Of a DNA stretch of 64,000 bases, positions 63,378 to 64,000 are shown one piece after another. Numbering within the stretch: position 1 is the first letter of the stretch; each line of letters begins with the position of its first letter. The stretch comes from Gammaproteobacteria bacterium. Lineage in GTDB: Bacteria; Pseudomonadota; Gammaproteobacteria; UBA4575. The position numbers and the translations under genes were made by a program. Below the pieces are notes generated by a model. The model saw only the letters and a program-made list of their open reading frames with translations. It was not told where the DNA came from and ran no database searches. The stretch is taken from contig OZ241890.1 of assembly GCA_965203475.1 (NCBI GenBank), forward strand, positions 2,089,423 to 2,153,422, read 5' to 3'.

Positions 63378-63664
63378 TACAATTGCCACAATTGATCTAT
63401 CTCTTTTACAATTAGTGCATGAGATCCAACAATCAGTAATACCAATACAGCAATAAATGCTAGGAAGCGTAATACATTTTTTTCTTTTTGAATATTTTGT
63501 GTAACACAATTATCACATAACGGAACCGCAAGAGTGCCAATTGGTCTATAAATATTCTTAGTGTCGGTCATGGTTCCACATACAGATACTTCTTTCCCGT
63601 ACCATCCATATTCTTGTGTATATACAGATTTTGTAGGGGCGTTACATTGTTCACATTTGCTCAT
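63377..63664 (-). CDS. zinc-ribbon membrane protein
   Basis: 95 aa. CEQC...17 aa...C...CDNC four-Cys ribbon then TM helix FLAFIAVLVLLIVGSHALIV. Confidence 0.5.
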   Translation of the reverse strand: MSKCEQCNAPTKSVYTQEYGWYGKEVSVCGTMTDTKNIYRPIGTLAVPLCDNCVTQNIQKEKNVLRFLAFIAVLVLLIVGSHALIVKEIDQLWQL

Positions 63665-63665
63665 A

Positions 63666-63747
63666 TGTCCGTTTCGGGTCGTTATCAGACATTATTAAGT
63701 TTGTAGTTCATTGATTCCAACTTAATGAAATGTGTCCCAATCGGTCA
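63666..63747. repeat. MITE/REP-like repeat copy E (inverted orientation), abutting the start codon at 63664
   Basis: Reverse complement tgaccgattgggacacatttcattaagttggaatcaatgaactacaaacttaataatgtctgataacgacccgaaacggacat matches copies B and C almost base for base. Confidence 0.75.
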
Positions 63748-64000
63748 TTCAGCTAATTTTGTTTCACTATAGGTTTTACGAAAAGTAACCATTGAAGAAC
63801 GAATAAAACCATACTTCTGATAGAATTTATGAGCGCCAGCATTATCTGAATCAGTAAGTAAAGTGATACGTTTGCAGCCTTTATGCATAGCAATTTCTAA
63901 GCAGTAATCAATCAACTTAGAACCAACTCCTTGCCCACGTGAATCTGGTAAAACTACCATATCTTCAAGGATTGCAACTTGCCCCCCTAGTGCAGTTGAA
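63745..64000 (-). CDS. GNAT N-acetyltransferase, C-terminal part (gene continues past the window edge)
   Basis: Acetyl-CoA motif A (VLPDSRGQGVGSKL). ORF is open to position 64000. Confidence 0.65.
   Translation of the reverse strand, partial: STALGGQVAILEDMVVLPDSRGQGVGSKLIDYCLEIAMHKGCKRITLLTDSDNAGAHKFYQKYGFIRSSMVTFRKTYSETKLAE

Overview
This 64-kb window is a low-GC (about 39%, by eye) gammaproteobacterial chromosome segment, densely coding and mostly housekeeping. Gene order matches known gammaproteobacterial neighbourhoods: algC next to argB; dut, coaBC, radC; bioF and bioB; aroE, hemB, hemF, tsaC, topA, dprA, a LysM/TsaP-like gene, def, fmt; fmt, DUF4390, an ntrY-like kinase, an ntrX-like regulator, trkA, trkH; hisBHAFE, tatABC, gpmI; metY; aceE and aceF. 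I cannot name the organism. No rRNA, tRNA, CRISPR array, IS element or prophage is visible.

The accessory-like content lies in four patches:
(1) 7.8-10.1 kb: a truncated haemoglobin, a lipoprotein, an orphan barstar-like immunity gene and a small membrane protein, embedded in several copies of a roughly 100-bp hairpin-ended MITE/REP-like repeat. The same repeat recurs at 62.97 kb and 63.67-63.75 kb.
(2) 36.7-46.7 kb: a di-haem cytochrome c peroxidase/MauG-like gene, a Tat-exported metallophosphoesterase and a cytochrome c in one operon. Next come three lipoproteins, a 602-aa acidic-loop outer-membrane beta-barrel whose promoter carries three GTTGTAT/ATACAAC palindromes, a 22-codon hydrophobic micro-ORF, and an ExeA-like protein with a degenerate P-loop, a transmembrane segment and periplasmic TPRs.
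(3) 48.7-51.6 kb: a TlpA-like thioredoxin, DUF4266, DUF3570 and ApbE. The DUF3570 barrel carries an SGAT motif matching the ApbE flavinylation consensus. This is the strongest candidate for a poorly characterised extracytoplasmic redox/flavinylation system.
(4) 57-64 kb: a YeiH-like transporter, a universal stress protein, PhoX, a small basic protein with DRR repeats, and a translationally coupled pair (zinc-ribbon membrane protein plus a second membrane protein) abutting a repeat copy.

All functional calls rest on motifs I recognised by reading the ORF translations. No database search was possible.
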